From Deltaproteobacteria bacterium (GTDB lineage Bacteria > Myxococcota > Kuafuiibacteriia > Kuafuiibacteriales > Kuafuiibacteriaceae), in contig JAVJQW010000008.1 in NCBI GenBank assembly GCA_040218735.1, forward strand, positions 128,001 to 192,000: a DNA stretch of 64,000 nucleotides. The letters are read 5' to 3'. Made by a program: the position numbers and the translations under genes. Below the pieces are notes generated by a model that was given only the letters and a program-made list of their open reading frames with translations, did no database searches and was not told the origin of the DNA. The first letter of the stretch is position 1, and each line of letters opens with the position of its first letter. Positions 28,547 through 40,039 of this stretch are shown piece after piece.

Positions 28547-29929
28547 TCACAGCGCCGCGGTGACGGCGCGATAACGTGCGGCCGCGCGATGGCTGGTGAC
28601 CAGCGCGTCCACGAGGTCCTTGGCGGCCTTCGCCGTGGCTTCTTCTCGCAGGTTGACTTGCAGGATGCTGGAGTCGCCCAGCTCGAAGCGTCGTCGCTCG
28701 GCGACCTCCACCTGCCTCGTGAGCTCCAGCGTCTTGCGGGAGAGCGTCGCTCGCGTTCGCGCGGTCGACAGCTCGGACCAGGCGTCGTTGACCTCCATCT
28801 TCACGACGTCCTGCAAGAAACCTTGCTTCGCGCGGACGGCGCGCAGCTTCGCCGACACGGATTGGATCTTGCCGCGTGCCTTGCGCTGTTGGGCGGGCCA
28901 CTTGAACGCCAACGACAGCCCGAGCGTCGTGTCGTTCTTCGTGGTCTCGTTCGGGTCGGGCCCGTAGGGGCGCTCGACGCCGAAGTCCTTCGAGCCCTCG
29001 ACCTTCAGATCCACGTTCGGTGCGCGCATGTTCTCCGCGAGCTCCAGCTCCGTTCGGAGCCGCTTCATGATCCCCGCGTACTGCGCGAGATCCGGGCGTC
29101 GCGCCAACGCCGAGCGTATGTCCTCATCCCGCACCGGCGGGACGGGTCGAGGCCCATCGAGCGCTCCGGGCGCGCGCGCGTAGGTCGGGACGTCGGGGCG
29201 CCCGTCGTCGTCGCGTTGAAACAAGGACAGCGCGAAGGCGCTCGCCTGCACGGCGCGGCGCGCCTCGACGACACCTTGTTGTCGCGAAACGATCAGCCGC
29301 TCGTTGTCGACGAGCTCGATTCTGGGGATGTCGCCACGCGCCACCCGCCGCTCGATGCCGGTCACACGTTGCTGCGCGAGCTCGAGGAGCGACTCCGCGA
29401 TGCGGAGCTTCTCGTGCGACGCGACCCACTTGAAGTACAGCTCCGCCGCCTTGAGCTTGGTCATTCGGAGCTTCTCGTTCGCCGCGAGCTTCGCGACCTC
29501 GACGCCGACCTCGGCCTGCCACATCTCGGCGCGTCGTGCGTCGATCGGACCGTCGCGCCAGAGGGGGACGATGATGCCCGCGGCGATTTCGCCGCTGTCG
29601 CTCGTGAGCTTCTGTGCGTCGTAGATCGGGTGGTCCTCGCCGTACCGGTAGCCGGCGTACAGCTCCGTGCCCCAGAGCGTCGTCGGTTGGCGGACGCCGA
29701 CCTCCGAAGCGATCCCTTCGTAGTACCCGGCCGCGTAGCCGCCCGCCTTGCCGTGCAGGTAGACGTCGAAGCCGCCCTCCGCCGAGAGCAACGCACCGCG
29801 CGCGACGTCGATCTCGGTGTTCGCCGCGACGACGAGGGGGTGATGGAGCTCGACGGACTTCAACACCTCGTCGAGCGTGAGCGGAGGTCCGACGGCGAGT
29901 GTGGCCGTGACGGCGAGCGCGACGCTCAC
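28547..29929 (-). CDS. TolC family outer membrane efflux protein
   Basis: LTLDEVLKSVELHHP; AERRRFELGDSSILQVNLRE; GTG overlaps the HlyD stop. Confidence 0.88.
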   Translation of the reverse strand: MSVALAVTATLAVGPPLTLDEVLKSVELHHPLVVAANTEIDVARGALLSAEGGFDVYLHGKAGGYAAGYYEGIASEVGVRQPTTLWGTELYAGYRYGEDHPIYDAQKLTSDSGEIAAGIIVPLWRDGPIDARRAEMWQAEVGVEVAKLAANEKLRMTKLKAAELYFKWVASHEKLRIAESLLELAQQRVTGIERRVARGDIPRIELVDNERLIVSRQQGVVEARRAVQASAFALSLFQRDDDGRPDVPTYARAPGALDGPRPVPPVRDEDIRSALARRPDLAQYAGIMKRLRTELELAENMRAPNVDLKVEGSKDFGVERPYGPDPNETTKNDTTLGLSLAFKWPAQQRKARGKIQSVSAKLRAVRAKQGFLQDVVKMEVNDAWSELSTARTRATLSRKTLELTRQVEVAERRRFELGDSSILQVNLREEATAKAAKDLVDALVTSHRAAARYRAVTAAL

Positions 29930-31218
29930 TTCTTCTCCCCCACCACTTCGTCGTCGGCCGCGGCGACGGGCGCGGCCGTCGCCGGGAAGCCGTTGGCGCG
30001 ACGCCAGAGCTCGTACCCGAGTCGGACCTCGTCGAGCAGCACCCACGCCTTCGACTTCACGCCCTGCCGTAGGTACCGCCCGCTCGGCCAGGGCTCGCCC
30101 TCCGGGTCCGGCACCACCAGCGCCCGGAACTGCCCGCCGCGCCGGCTCTGTGCATCGACGACCGACACGATCCCCCCGAACGTTCCGACGGCGACCGAAG
30201 GCCACCCGGCGAACTGAACGGCGGGCCAACCCTCGAACTGGAGGCGGACCTTGCGATTCTCCTGCACCAGCGGAACGTCGTTCCCGTCCACCCAGATCTC
30301 GACCGCGACCGCGCTCGTCTCCGGGACGATCGTCGCGAGCGGGTCACTCTCCTTTACGATCTCGGCGCCGAGCCCCGCTTCGAGGCGAAGGACGACGCCG
30401 TCCGTCGGCGCGGTGACGAGCCGGGACTCTTGCCGTGCAAGCTGAACGTCGATCTTGGTGAGCTCCGCCGAGGCCTTCGCCGCTTCGGCCGCCGCCTTCT
30501 TCGCAGAGCCGTCGGCCGACGCGACCTTCGCGAGGAACTCCGACTCCTTCACCATACGTTCCGCGCGGCTCGCGATCAGCGCCGCGCGCGACTCCTGCAG
30601 CGCGGCCTCCGCTGCACCGACCCCCGTCTCCGCCTTGGTGACCGCGAGCTCCGCGAGCTCGCCGTCGCGTCGGGACGCCAGACCCTCGTCGACGAGCTTC
30701 GACTTACGGGTGAGGTTGAGGCGCGCCGCCTTCAGGCTTCCACGCTCGGCTTCGAGCTTCGTCTTCGCGGCGTCGACCTTCCGCGCCGCGACGTCGATCT
30801 TCCGCTCCGCGGCTTCGACGGCCATCACGCGGGCCTTGTCGTACGCATCGACCTGCCGATCGTACGCGGCGGCCTGCGCTTCCGCTGCGCCACGCCGCGC
30901 CTCGATCGCCGCGCGCTGTTGCTGAAGACGACCGACATAGTTCGGGTCGACATCGGTCAGCTCGACGATCGGGTCGCCGGTCTTGACGACGGAGCCTTCG
31001 ACGACGTGCCACTTCTTGACGCGGCCCTTGATCGGCGCGTCGACGACTTGTGCGCGGTCCGTCGGCGAGAGCGCTACGACCCGACCGACGCCGCTCGCCG
31101 TCTGCTGCCACGGCGCGAGGAGCAGCGCGGCGAAGAGGAAGATCATCGCGATCGCGACGGCCTGGGCCGGGCGGCGGATGCGCGGTGCGGACTGGACGGT
31201 GGCGAGGACGGCGCTCAT
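29926..31218 (-). CDS. HlyD family membrane fusion protein
   Basis: PWQQTASGVG; APIKGRVKKWHVVEG lipoyl-like motif; coiled coil; VRLQFEGWPAVQFAGWP. Confidence 0.9.
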   Translation of the reverse strand: MSAVLATVQSAPRIRRPAQAVAIAMIFLFAALLLAPWQQTASGVGRVVALSPTDRAQVVDAPIKGRVKKWHVVEGSVVKTGDPIVELTDVDPNYVGRLQQQRAAIEARRGAAEAQAAAYDRQVDAYDKARVMAVEAAERKIDVAARKVDAAKTKLEAERGSLKAARLNLTRKSKLVDEGLASRRDGELAELAVTKAETGVGAAEAALQESRAALIASRAERMVKESEFLAKVASADGSAKKAAAEAAKASAELTKIDVQLARQESRLVTAPTDGVVLRLEAGLGAEIVKESDPLATIVPETSAVAVEIWVDGNDVPLVQENRKVRLQFEGWPAVQFAGWPSVAVGTFGGIVSVVDAQSRRGGQFRALVVPDPEGEPWPSGRYLRQGVKSKAWVLLDEVRLGYELWRRANGFPATAAPVAAADDEVVGEKK

Positions 31219-33095
31219 GCGGCCTCCGCGGAGGCGCCGAGACGAACGCTCCGATCGAAGAGTCGTGCGATGGATTCGCGCTCGGTGAGGCACACGATCG
31301 TCGTGTCCTCGAGCGCGAACAGCGCTTGAACGAGTGTGCCGGCCTTGGTCTCGTCGAGCTCTTCGAACACGTGGTCGAGCACCAGCACTCGGCTCGGCCT
31401 CAGCAGCGCTCGCGCGACGAGGAGGCGCGTACGTTGCTCGGGGCTCAGCCCAGCCCCCTGGGGCCCGATGGGGCGCTCGATGTCACGAGCGAGATCGTGT
31501 GCGCCGGCCGCTTCGAGCGTCTCCCGTGCGGCCTCGTGGGTGACGTTGGCGTCCGCGACCGCGAGGTTGTCGAGCAGGTCGCCCTCGAAGATGCCGTCGT
31601 GACACAACACGACGATCTGCTCTCGGATGCCGGCCGGGTCGAGGTCGATGCACCGTACGCCGCCGACGATCACGCCGTCGGACAGCCCGATGAGTCGGGA
31701 CGGCGCGCCGAAGATCGCGACGCGCTCGTTGGGCGTGGCCTCGAACGCGCCTTCCAGCCCGAAGCTGAGCGCGTTGCCCTTGCGGACACGTTCACCTTCG
31801 TCATGGCGCAGCGGGAGGTCAACGATCTCGCCGAGCTTCCCGACCGCCGCGACGAGGTCGTAGACCTTGCCGAACAACTTTCCGATCTTCGCGAGCGACC
31901 CGACCGTCACGGACATGACGACCTCCGCTGCCACGAGCTGGCCGAGGCTGAGCTGCCCGCCGATGACGAGCGCACCACCGAGCGCGAGCAACCCGACGCT
32001 CGCACCGATCTGCAGCAGCAACATGCCGCCGAACTGCCGGAGCTGAATCCTGAAGTGGTTCTTTCGCGAATCGAGCCAGTGCGCGAGGAGATCGTCGGCT
32101 CGGGCTTCCGCGTGACGGAGGCCCGTCGCCGATCCGAATGCGTGCGGCGCCGACGCCAACTCTTGCAGCCACGCGGCGACCTTGTACTTGTCCTTCGACT
32201 CCTGCACCGCGGTCGTCACGGCGCGTCGTCCGAGCGGGAACACGACGACCGCAATGCCGACGATGAGCGCGAGGTCGAACGCCAGGAGGAACGGGTGATA
32301 GAAGGCGAGGAGGAGGAGCCCGACGCCGATCTGGAGGACGGCGGTGACGCCGTCGAGGAGCACGGTCGTCGCGCTCTTCTCCGCGATGGCCGCGTCGAAG
32401 AAACGCGTCACCTTCTCGCGTAGCTCCTTGGAGGACATCCGGTTGCGGTCGACGAGCGGTACGCGGTGCGCGAAGTCCGTCGCGGCGCGTACGAAGATTC
32501 GCCGGGCGATCAGCTCGACCGCGATCGCCTCCAGCACGCGCAGCACGCCGGAGAACGCGAGGACCGCGAGCAGGATCAGCGCGACGACGATCAGGGGTTG
32601 AAGGAGCGTCCCGAACGCGACGATGTCGAACATCGTCTGGACTGCGATCGGCGTGGCGAGCGTCATCAGCCCGATCGCGGCGGCGTAGACGAAGACGGTC
32701 CACAGCTCCGCCCGCTCCATCGCCACGAACGCGCCGACGCGACGCCATGGCGTCCGACCGGCGAGCGCCTGGAGTGGGCGCCTCGGCACCACAAAACCTG
32801 CGGGCAGCGCGCTGGCGTCGGGGCGGCCCGCTTTGGCAGCGAGCTCCGCAAACGGGATGTGGTCTCCCCGCTCGACGAGGACGATGTTGTCACCGAAGAC
32901 GACGATCGGCGCGCGTCCGTCGGACGGTCCGTATTGCGTAGGTACGAGATCGTAGCCCAATGCGAACAGCGCCCGACGCGCCACCTCTTCCTGGTGTTCG
33001 CAGTCCGCTCGGGCTTCACGAAGAGATCGCCGCGCGGCCTTTCCGCCGACGGCGGCACCGAGGTGCAGCACGGTTGCTTCCAAGCCGATGCGCAT
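31215..33095 (-). CDS. T1SS-type ABC transporter (TMD plus degenerate NBD)
   Basis: LATPIAVQ and GQLSLGQLVAAE TMD motifs; signature-like LSPEQRTRLLVARALL and VLVLD, but no GxxGxGK(S/T). Confidence 0.8.
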   Translation of the reverse strand: MRIGLEATVLHLGAAVGGKAARRSLREARADCEHQEEVARRALFALGYDLVPTQYGPSDGRAPIVVFGDNIVLVERGDHIPFAELAAKAGRPDASALPAGFVVPRRPLQALAGRTPWRRVGAFVAMERAELWTVFVYAAAIGLMTLATPIAVQTMFDIVAFGTLLQPLIVVALILLAVLAFSGVLRVLEAIAVELIARRIFVRAATDFAHRVPLVDRNRMSSKELREKVTRFFDAAIAEKSATTVLLDGVTAVLQIGVGLLLLAFYHPFLLAFDLALIVGIAVVVFPLGRRAVTTAVQESKDKYKVAAWLQELASAPHAFGSATGLRHAEARADDLLAHWLDSRKNHFRIQLRQFGGMLLLQIGASVGLLALGGALVIGGQLSLGQLVAAEVVMSVTVGSLAKIGKLFGKVYDLVAAVGKLGEIVDLPLRHDEGERVRKGNALSFGLEGAFEATPNERVAIFGAPSRLIGLSDGVIVGGVRCIDLDPAGIREQIVVLCHDGIFEGDLLDNLAVADANVTHEAARETLEAAGAHDLARDIERPIGPQGAGLSPEQRTRLLVARALLRPSRVLVLDHVFEELDETKAGTLVQALFALEDTTIVCLTERESIARLFDRSVRLGASAEAA

Positions 33096-33103
33096 CGGTG
33101 CGC

Positions 33104-33142
33104 AGACTGGACACCGAATACATGAAAGTCAAGTCGTGTATT
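33104..33142 (-). promoter_or_regulatory. Candidate promoter (TTGACT-17-CAGTCT) overlapped by inverted repeat AATACATGA-N8-TCGTGTATT
   Basis: AT-rich island upstream of the ABC gene; 8 of 9 bp inverted repeat at 33117-33125 and 33134-33142. Confidence 0.45.
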
Positions 33143-33163
33143 TCGTGTCGCGAAACCGCGGTC

Positions 33164-34141
33164 CTAGTCCCCTCCGCGTCGCTGGTTACGCCAGCGTTTC
33201 GCCTCGCGGATCATTCGTCCCATCTTCTTACCCTCACGTCGCGACGCCGCAGCGTCTTGGCGCAGGGCTTCGGCGGCCTGCTCCTTCAGCAACTGTCGGT
33301 AGTGACCGACACGTTCCGTGTCGAGTGTGCCGTCCTCGACGGCCTCGCGGACGGCGCAGCCTGGTTCCTCCGCATGCGTGCAGTCTCCGAAGCGACAGCG
33401 TTCGGCGACGGCGTCGACGTCGTCGAACGTCAGGCGAATGCCTTCCTCGCCGCCCGCGAGCCCGATTTCCCGGAGGCCAGGCGTGTCGATGACGGCGTAG
33501 CGCTCCAGCACGGAGAGCGTTCGACGCGTGGTCGTGTGCCGGCCTTTGTCGTCCCCCGATCGCACGTCGGAGGTTTGGGCGATGTCGTTGCCGGCGAGGC
33601 GGTTGAGCAGGGTGCTCTTGCCGACGCCCGACGGTCCGAGCAGCGCGATCGTCGCGCCTTCGGGGATCGTCGCCGTGAGGGCGTCGATGTCCTCGTCCTC
33701 GATCGCGCTGAGCGCGACGACCGAGACCCCGAGGAAGGCCTCCTCCGCCGCCTCGACATCGGCGGCGAGGTCGACGGATCGGTCTGCTTTGCTCAGCACG
33801 ATCACTGGCGTCGCGCCGCCGTCCCAAACGAGGGTGAGGTAGCGCTCGATGCGGCGTTCGTTGATCGGTGTGCCGAGCGCTTCGACGATGAAGACCACGT
33901 CGACGTTTGCGGCGAGGGCCTGGACCTCGGAGCGCCGTCCTGGTCGACGCCGGGCGATGACGGTGCGACGCTCGAGGACATCGGTGATGCGGTCTTCTTC
34001 GACGACGACCCAGTCGCCGGTCACGACGTCGTGGCCGCTGCAGTGAACGGCGCCGTCACGCCCGAGGACCTCGGCGAGCGCACCGTGGCGGGTGACGACG
34101 CGGACCGCGCCGTCGGGGGGAGAGAGCTGTATCGATGACAC
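33164..34141 (-). CDS. rsgA: Ribosome small subunit-dependent GTPase A
   Basis: LAANVD, RIERYL, SKAD, GPSGVGKSTL, KGRHTTT, DTPGLRE and CRFGDCTHAEEPGC motifs. Confidence 0.93.
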   Translation of the reverse strand: MSSIQLSPPDGAVRVVTRHGALAEVLGRDGAVHCSGHDVVTGDWVVVEEDRITDVLERRTVIARRRPGRRSEVQALAANVDVVFIVEALGTPINERRIERYLTLVWDGGATPVIVLSKADRSVDLAADVEAAEEAFLGVSVVALSAIEDEDIDALTATIPEGATIALLGPSGVGKSTLLNRLAGNDIAQTSDVRSGDDKGRHTTTRRTLSVLERYAVIDTPGLREIGLAGGEEGIRLTFDDVDAVAERCRFGDCTHAEEPGCAVREAVEDGTLDTERVGHYRQLLKEQAAEALRQDAAASRREGKKMGRMIREAKRWRNQRRGGD

Positions 34142-34143
34142 GG

Positions 34144-36153
<2,010 letters not shown>

Positions 36154-36217
36154 GGCTCTGTCAGATTAGCAGGGTTCCTTTCCTGAAGCGCGTCGTCGCG
36201 GCATGCTCCGGCGCACG

Positions 36218-38116
36218 ATGACGAGCGCGGACTCCGATTACGCCGCAGTGTATACGGCTGCCTCCGATGACCCCGAGAAGTTCTGGCGCGCGGCGGCCGA
36301 ACGAATTCACTGGGAGCATCCGCCGGAACACGTCCTCGACGCGAATCACGCACCGCTCTATCGCTGGTTCGCAGGCGGCAAACTCAACACGGCGTACAAC
36401 GCGCTCGACCGTCACGTAGAGGAAGGTCGTGGTGATCAACTCGCGCTGATCTGGGACAGCCCGCTCGCGAGCGCAAAGCTTGCGCTCACCTACGCCGAGC
36501 TCCGCGACCGCGTTGCCCAGTTCGCCGGCGCGCTCGCCGCACAAGGCGTCGAGAAGGGCGACCGCGTCCTCATCTACATGCCGATGGTTCCTGAAACCGC
36601 CGTGGCGATGCTCGCATGTGCGCGCCTGGGCGCAGTGCACTCCGTGGTCTTCGGTGGGTTCGCTTCCGCCGAGCTCGCCAAGCGCATCGACGACGCTGCG
36701 CCGAAGCTCGTCGTCTCCGCGTCCTGCGGAATCGAACCCACCCGCGTCGTCGAATACAAGCCGCTGCTCGACGCCGCGATCGACATGAGTCGTCATCGCC
36801 CCGCGCGGTGCATCATCCTTCAGCGTCCTCAGGCCACCGCCGCCCTCGTCGAGGGCCGTGACCTGACCTGGGACGCCGCGCTCGAAGGCGTCGAGCCGCA
36901 CGACTGCGTGATGGTCGACGCCACGGATCCGCTCTATGTGCTCTACACCTCCGGGACGACCGGTGAGCCGAAGGGGGTCGTTCGCGACAATGGCGGGCAC
37001 GCCGTCGCGTTGTCCTGGTCGCTCGAACACGTCTACGGCGTGCGGCCGGGTGACGTGTTCTGGTCTGCGTCCGACGTCGGCTGGGTCGTCGGCCACTCGT
37101 ACATCGTCTACGCGCCGCTGATCCTCGGCGCGACGACCATCATGTACGAAGGCAAGCCCGTCGGGACGCCGGACCCGGGTGCGTTCTGGCGGGTGATCGA
37201 GGAGTACGGCGTTCGAGTGTTCTTCACCGCGCCGACCGCGTTCCGTGCGATTCGCCAGCAGGACCCGAACGGCGAGCACATCGGCCGCTACGATCTCTCC
37301 AAGTTCGAGGCGCTGTTCCTCGCCGGCGAGCGCTGCGATCCCGACACGCTGAACTGGGCGCGCGAGAGCCTCGGCGTCGACGTGATCGATCACTGGTGGC
37401 AGACCGAGACGGGGTGGCCGATGGTCGCGAATTGTCTCGGCATCGAGAAGCTCCCCGTGAAGCCCGGTTCCTCCACGCGGCCCGTACCGGGGTGGCGCGT
37501 CGAGGTGCTCGACGATCTCGGTCGGCCGGTCGAGGCCAACGTCGTCGGTAACATCGTCGTTCGGCTACCGCTCCCGCCCGGTGCGCTACCCACCCTGTGG
37601 AACGCCGACCAACGATTCATCGATGCGTACCTGTCGCGCTTCGACGGCTACTACCAGACGGCGGACGCCGGGTACCTCGACGAGGATGGGTACCTGTTCA
37701 TCATGTCGAGGACCGACGACGTCATCAACGTCGCGGGGCACCGGCTCTCCACCGGCGCGATCGAAGAGGTCCTCGCCGAGGTGCCCGACGTCGCGGAGTG
37801 CGCGGTGGTCGGTGCGACCGACGAGCTCAAGGGCCAGCGCCCGCTCGCGTTGCTCGTGCTCGACGCGAAGGCGACGCGCAGCGAAGAAGAGATCGAAGCG
37901 GAGTGCAAACAGCGCGTCCGCGATCGCATCGGGCCGATCGCTTCGTTGTCGCACGTGCTGGTCGTGAAGCGTCTACCGAAGACCCGCAGCGGAAAGATCC
38001 TCCGCCGCACGATGCGCGCGATCGCGGACGAGCAGCCCTATGATCTCCCCGCGACGATCGACGACCCCGCCATCCTCGACGAGATCAGCTCGGCGCTCGA
38101 TCGCACGCGCTCGTGA
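36218..38116 (+). CDS. prpE: Propionyl-CoA / acetyl-CoA synthetase
   Basis: YTSGTTGEPKG, IDHWWQTETG, LFLAGERCD, NVAGHRL, PKTRSGKILR. Confidence 0.85.
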   Translation: MTSADSDYAAVYTAASDDPEKFWRAAAERIHWEHPPEHVLDANHAPLYRWFAGGKLNTAYNALDRHVEEGRGDQLALIWDSPLASAKLALTYAELRDRVAQFAGALAAQGVEKGDRVLIYMPMVPETAVAMLACARLGAVHSVVFGGFASAELAKRIDDAAPKLVVSASCGIEPTRVVEYKPLLDAAIDMSRHRPARCIILQRPQATAALVEGRDLTWDAALEGVEPHDCVMVDATDPLYVLYTSGTTGEPKGVVRDNGGHAVALSWSLEHVYGVRPGDVFWSASDVGWVVGHSYIVYAPLILGATTIMYEGKPVGTPDPGAFWRVIEEYGVRVFFTAPTAFRAIRQQDPNGEHIGRYDLSKFEALFLAGERCDPDTLNWARESLGVDVIDHWWQTETGWPMVANCLGIEKLPVKPGSSTRPVPGWRVEVLDDLGRPVEANVVGNIVVRLPLPPGALPTLWNADQRFIDAYLSRFDGYYQTADAGYLDEDGYLFIMSRTDDVINVAGHRLSTGAIEEVLAEVPDVAECAVVGATDELKGQRPLALLVLDAKATRSEEEIEAECKQRVRDRIGPIASLSHVLVVKRLPKTRSGKILRRTMRAIADEQPYDLPATIDDPAILDEISSALDRTRS

Positions 38117-38498
38117 AGCTCCGCCTCGGCGGGAGGTTGTACATGCGGTGGAGCGTCGAGTGGTTGCGCAGACCGATCGCTTCGCGCGTGATCTTCAGAT
38201 CGAGCAACGCGCGCGCCGCGGCTTCGTACGCGTCGAGGTACGCCGCGCGCCGCGTCTCGTAGTTCGCCTCGGTCGATTCGTCGAGCGCGAGCGTCGAGGC
38301 TTCGAGCGCCAGCATCGCGTAGTCGACTTTCACGCCGGCGCGACCGAGCGACGCGGCCGTCTCGCGGCGGATCTCGATCTCGAGGGACTCTTGGCGCTCC
38401 TCGATCGAGAGGTGCGCTTCGAGGCGGTCGAGGTACGGGCTGGAGTGGCCGCGCGCCTTCATCGTCGACGCGAGCTCGCGGTAGCGGTTGGGCGCCAT
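38085..38498 (-). CDS. Hypothetical helical protein
   Basis: Plausible composition ending LKITREAIGLRNH...YNLPP; fills an otherwise empty gap. Confidence 0.6.
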   Translation of the reverse strand: MAPNRYRELASTMKARGHSSPYLDRLEAHLSIEERQESLEIEIRRETAASLGRAGVKVDYAMLALEASTLALDESTEANYETRRAAYLDAYEAAARALLDLKITREAIGLRNHSTLHRMYNLPPRRSFTSACDRAPS

Positions 38499-38517
38499 CG
38501 TCGTTAGATTGTAGAGC

Positions 38518-38991
38518 ATGGCCGAACCTTCGCTGCGACTGATCGAAGCGCTCCGGCAGACGGCGGATCGCCTCGACGGTGGAGCCCCCTATCGCTGGAC
38601 GCACATGGGGTCCTGCAACTGCGGACACCTCGTACAGACGGTGACGAACAAGACCGCCGCCGAGATCCACGCCCGGGCGTTGGAGAAGGCGGGGGACTGG
38701 TCGGCGCAAGCGATCGATCACTGCCCGACGAGCGGTCTCACGATCGATCACATCATCGACGCGCTGCTCGGCCTCGGGCTCGGCCGGTCGGACATCGTCG
38801 AGCTCGAACGACTCGGCTCGCGCCGCGTCCGCCAGCGGCTGGACGGCGAGGTCTCGCACAAACGTCGGTCGGACGTCGTGCGGTACATGCGCGCCTGGGC
38901 CGTCCTTCTCGAAGAGGAGCTCGCCGAGCAGATCGCGGCGGTCGGGCAGGGCGGTACGGTGCGCAAGGCGCCGGTCCTCAGCCGAACGTGA
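38518..38991 (+). CDS. Conserved hypothetical protein with CxCxH motif
   Basis: YRWTHMGSCNCGHLVQ and DHCPTSG motifs; GTGA overlap with the DUF1295 gene. Confidence 0.7.
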   Translation: MAEPSLRLIEALRQTADRLDGGAPYRWTHMGSCNCGHLVQTVTNKTAAEIHARALEKAGDWSAQAIDHCPTSGLTIDHIIDALLGLGLGRSDIVELERLGSRRVRQRLDGEVSHKRRSDVVRYMRAWAVLLEEELAEQIAAVGQGGTVRKAPVLSRT

Positions 38992-39857
38992 CGAAGAACG
39001 CCGGGGGCCTCCGCGTCCTCATCGCGTACGTCGCTGCGATCGTCGCCGCCGTCGTCGCGGGCTGGCTCGCGCGCGCGATGCACCCGTGGTGGATCGTCGC
39101 CATCGCCGACGTCGCCGGGACCGCGGTGATCTTCGGCTTCAGCCGCGCCTACGACAACTCGAGCTTCTACGACGCGTACTGGAGCGTCGCGCCGCCGCTG
39201 ATCGGTGCGTACTTCGTTTGGGAGGCCGGCGCTTCGCCGCGGCTGCTGCTCGCACTCGTGCTGGTCACCGCGTGGGCGGTTCGGCTGACGTTCAACTGGT
39301 GGCGTCGCTGGGATGGGCTCACCCATGAGGACTGGCGCTACGTGGATCTTCGCGACCAGACGGGGCGCATGTACTGGGCCGTGAGTTGGCTCGGGCTGCA
39401 CCTGTTCCCGACCGTCCTCGTCTACCTCGGCTGCCTCCCGCTGTGGGCGGCCGCGGAGTCCGAGGTCGTGCTCGGCGTGGTCGACGCGGTCGCGGTGGTG
39501 GTGATGGGGGGCGCGATCACGATCGAGGCAATCGCGGATCGGCAGCTCTTTGCGCACGTCGCCGAGGGCGGTGGCGGTGTCCTCGATCGCGGCCTGTGGC
39601 GCTGGAGCCGACACCCGAACTACTTCGGCGAGCTCGCGCTCTGGTGGGGCGTCGCGTTGTTCGGCGTGGCGTCCGGCTCGCGTGAATGGTTCGTGTTCGC
39701 GGGCGCGGTCGCGATGACGGGCCTGTTCGTGTTCATCAGCATCCCGATGGTGGAGCGGCGATCGCTCGCGCGGCGTGGTGATGCCTTCCGCGCGTACTCC
39801 GCGCGGACGTCGATGTTGATCCCCTGGCCCCCCAAAGAACGCGACCGCGAGGCGTGA
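38988..39857 (+). CDS. DUF1295 / steroid 5-alpha-reductase-like membrane protein
   Basis: NSSFYDAYWS, HEDWRY, ADRQL, GLWRWSRHPNYFGE. Confidence 0.88.
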   Translation: MTKNAGGLRVLIAYVAAIVAAVVAGWLARAMHPWWIVAIADVAGTAVIFGFSRAYDNSSFYDAYWSVAPPLIGAYFVWEAGASPRLLLALVLVTAWAVRLTFNWWRRWDGLTHEDWRYVDLRDQTGRMYWAVSWLGLHLFPTVLVYLGCLPLWAAAESEVVLGVVDAVAVVVMGGAITIEAIADRQLFAHVAEGGGGVLDRGLWRWSRHPNYFGELALWWGVALFGVASGSREWFVFAGAVAMTGLFVFISIPMVERRSLARRGDAFRAYSARTSMLIPWPPKERDREA

Positions 39858-39956
39858 ACGACTCCGTTCGGGGCGCGCGGCGACGCGGCGTGCGCCTCGA
39901 GTCTCGCGGCGGGGGTACGTCTGCCCGAGCTGTCAGCGGTCGAACCCTCACTCGGC

Positions 39957-39985
39957 TTGACAGGCTCGTTGGGCTTAGTTAGTTT
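39957..39985 (+). promoter_or_regulatory. Sigma70-type promoter TTGACA-17bp-TAGTTT
   Basis: Consensus -35 at 39957-39962; -10 at 39980-39985; upstream of the + strand glycan operon. Confidence 0.7.
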
Positions 39986-40003
39986 GTTGCCCGAACAAAC
40001 AAA
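39979..40003. promoter_or_regulatory. ROK/XylR-type operator TTAGTTTGTT-GCCCG-AACAAACAAA
   Basis: Perfect inverted repeat GTTTGTT/AACAAAC; resembles Firmicute XylR operators; second copy at 52762-52786. Confidence 0.75.
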
Positions 40004-40039
40004 TGCTTCCTCCGCGGGAGCACGGATAGGGTTAATTCT

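Noticed and set aside
39870-39905. GC-rich hairpin after the DUF1295 gene as a terminator
   Set aside because: Imperfect stem and no U-tract.
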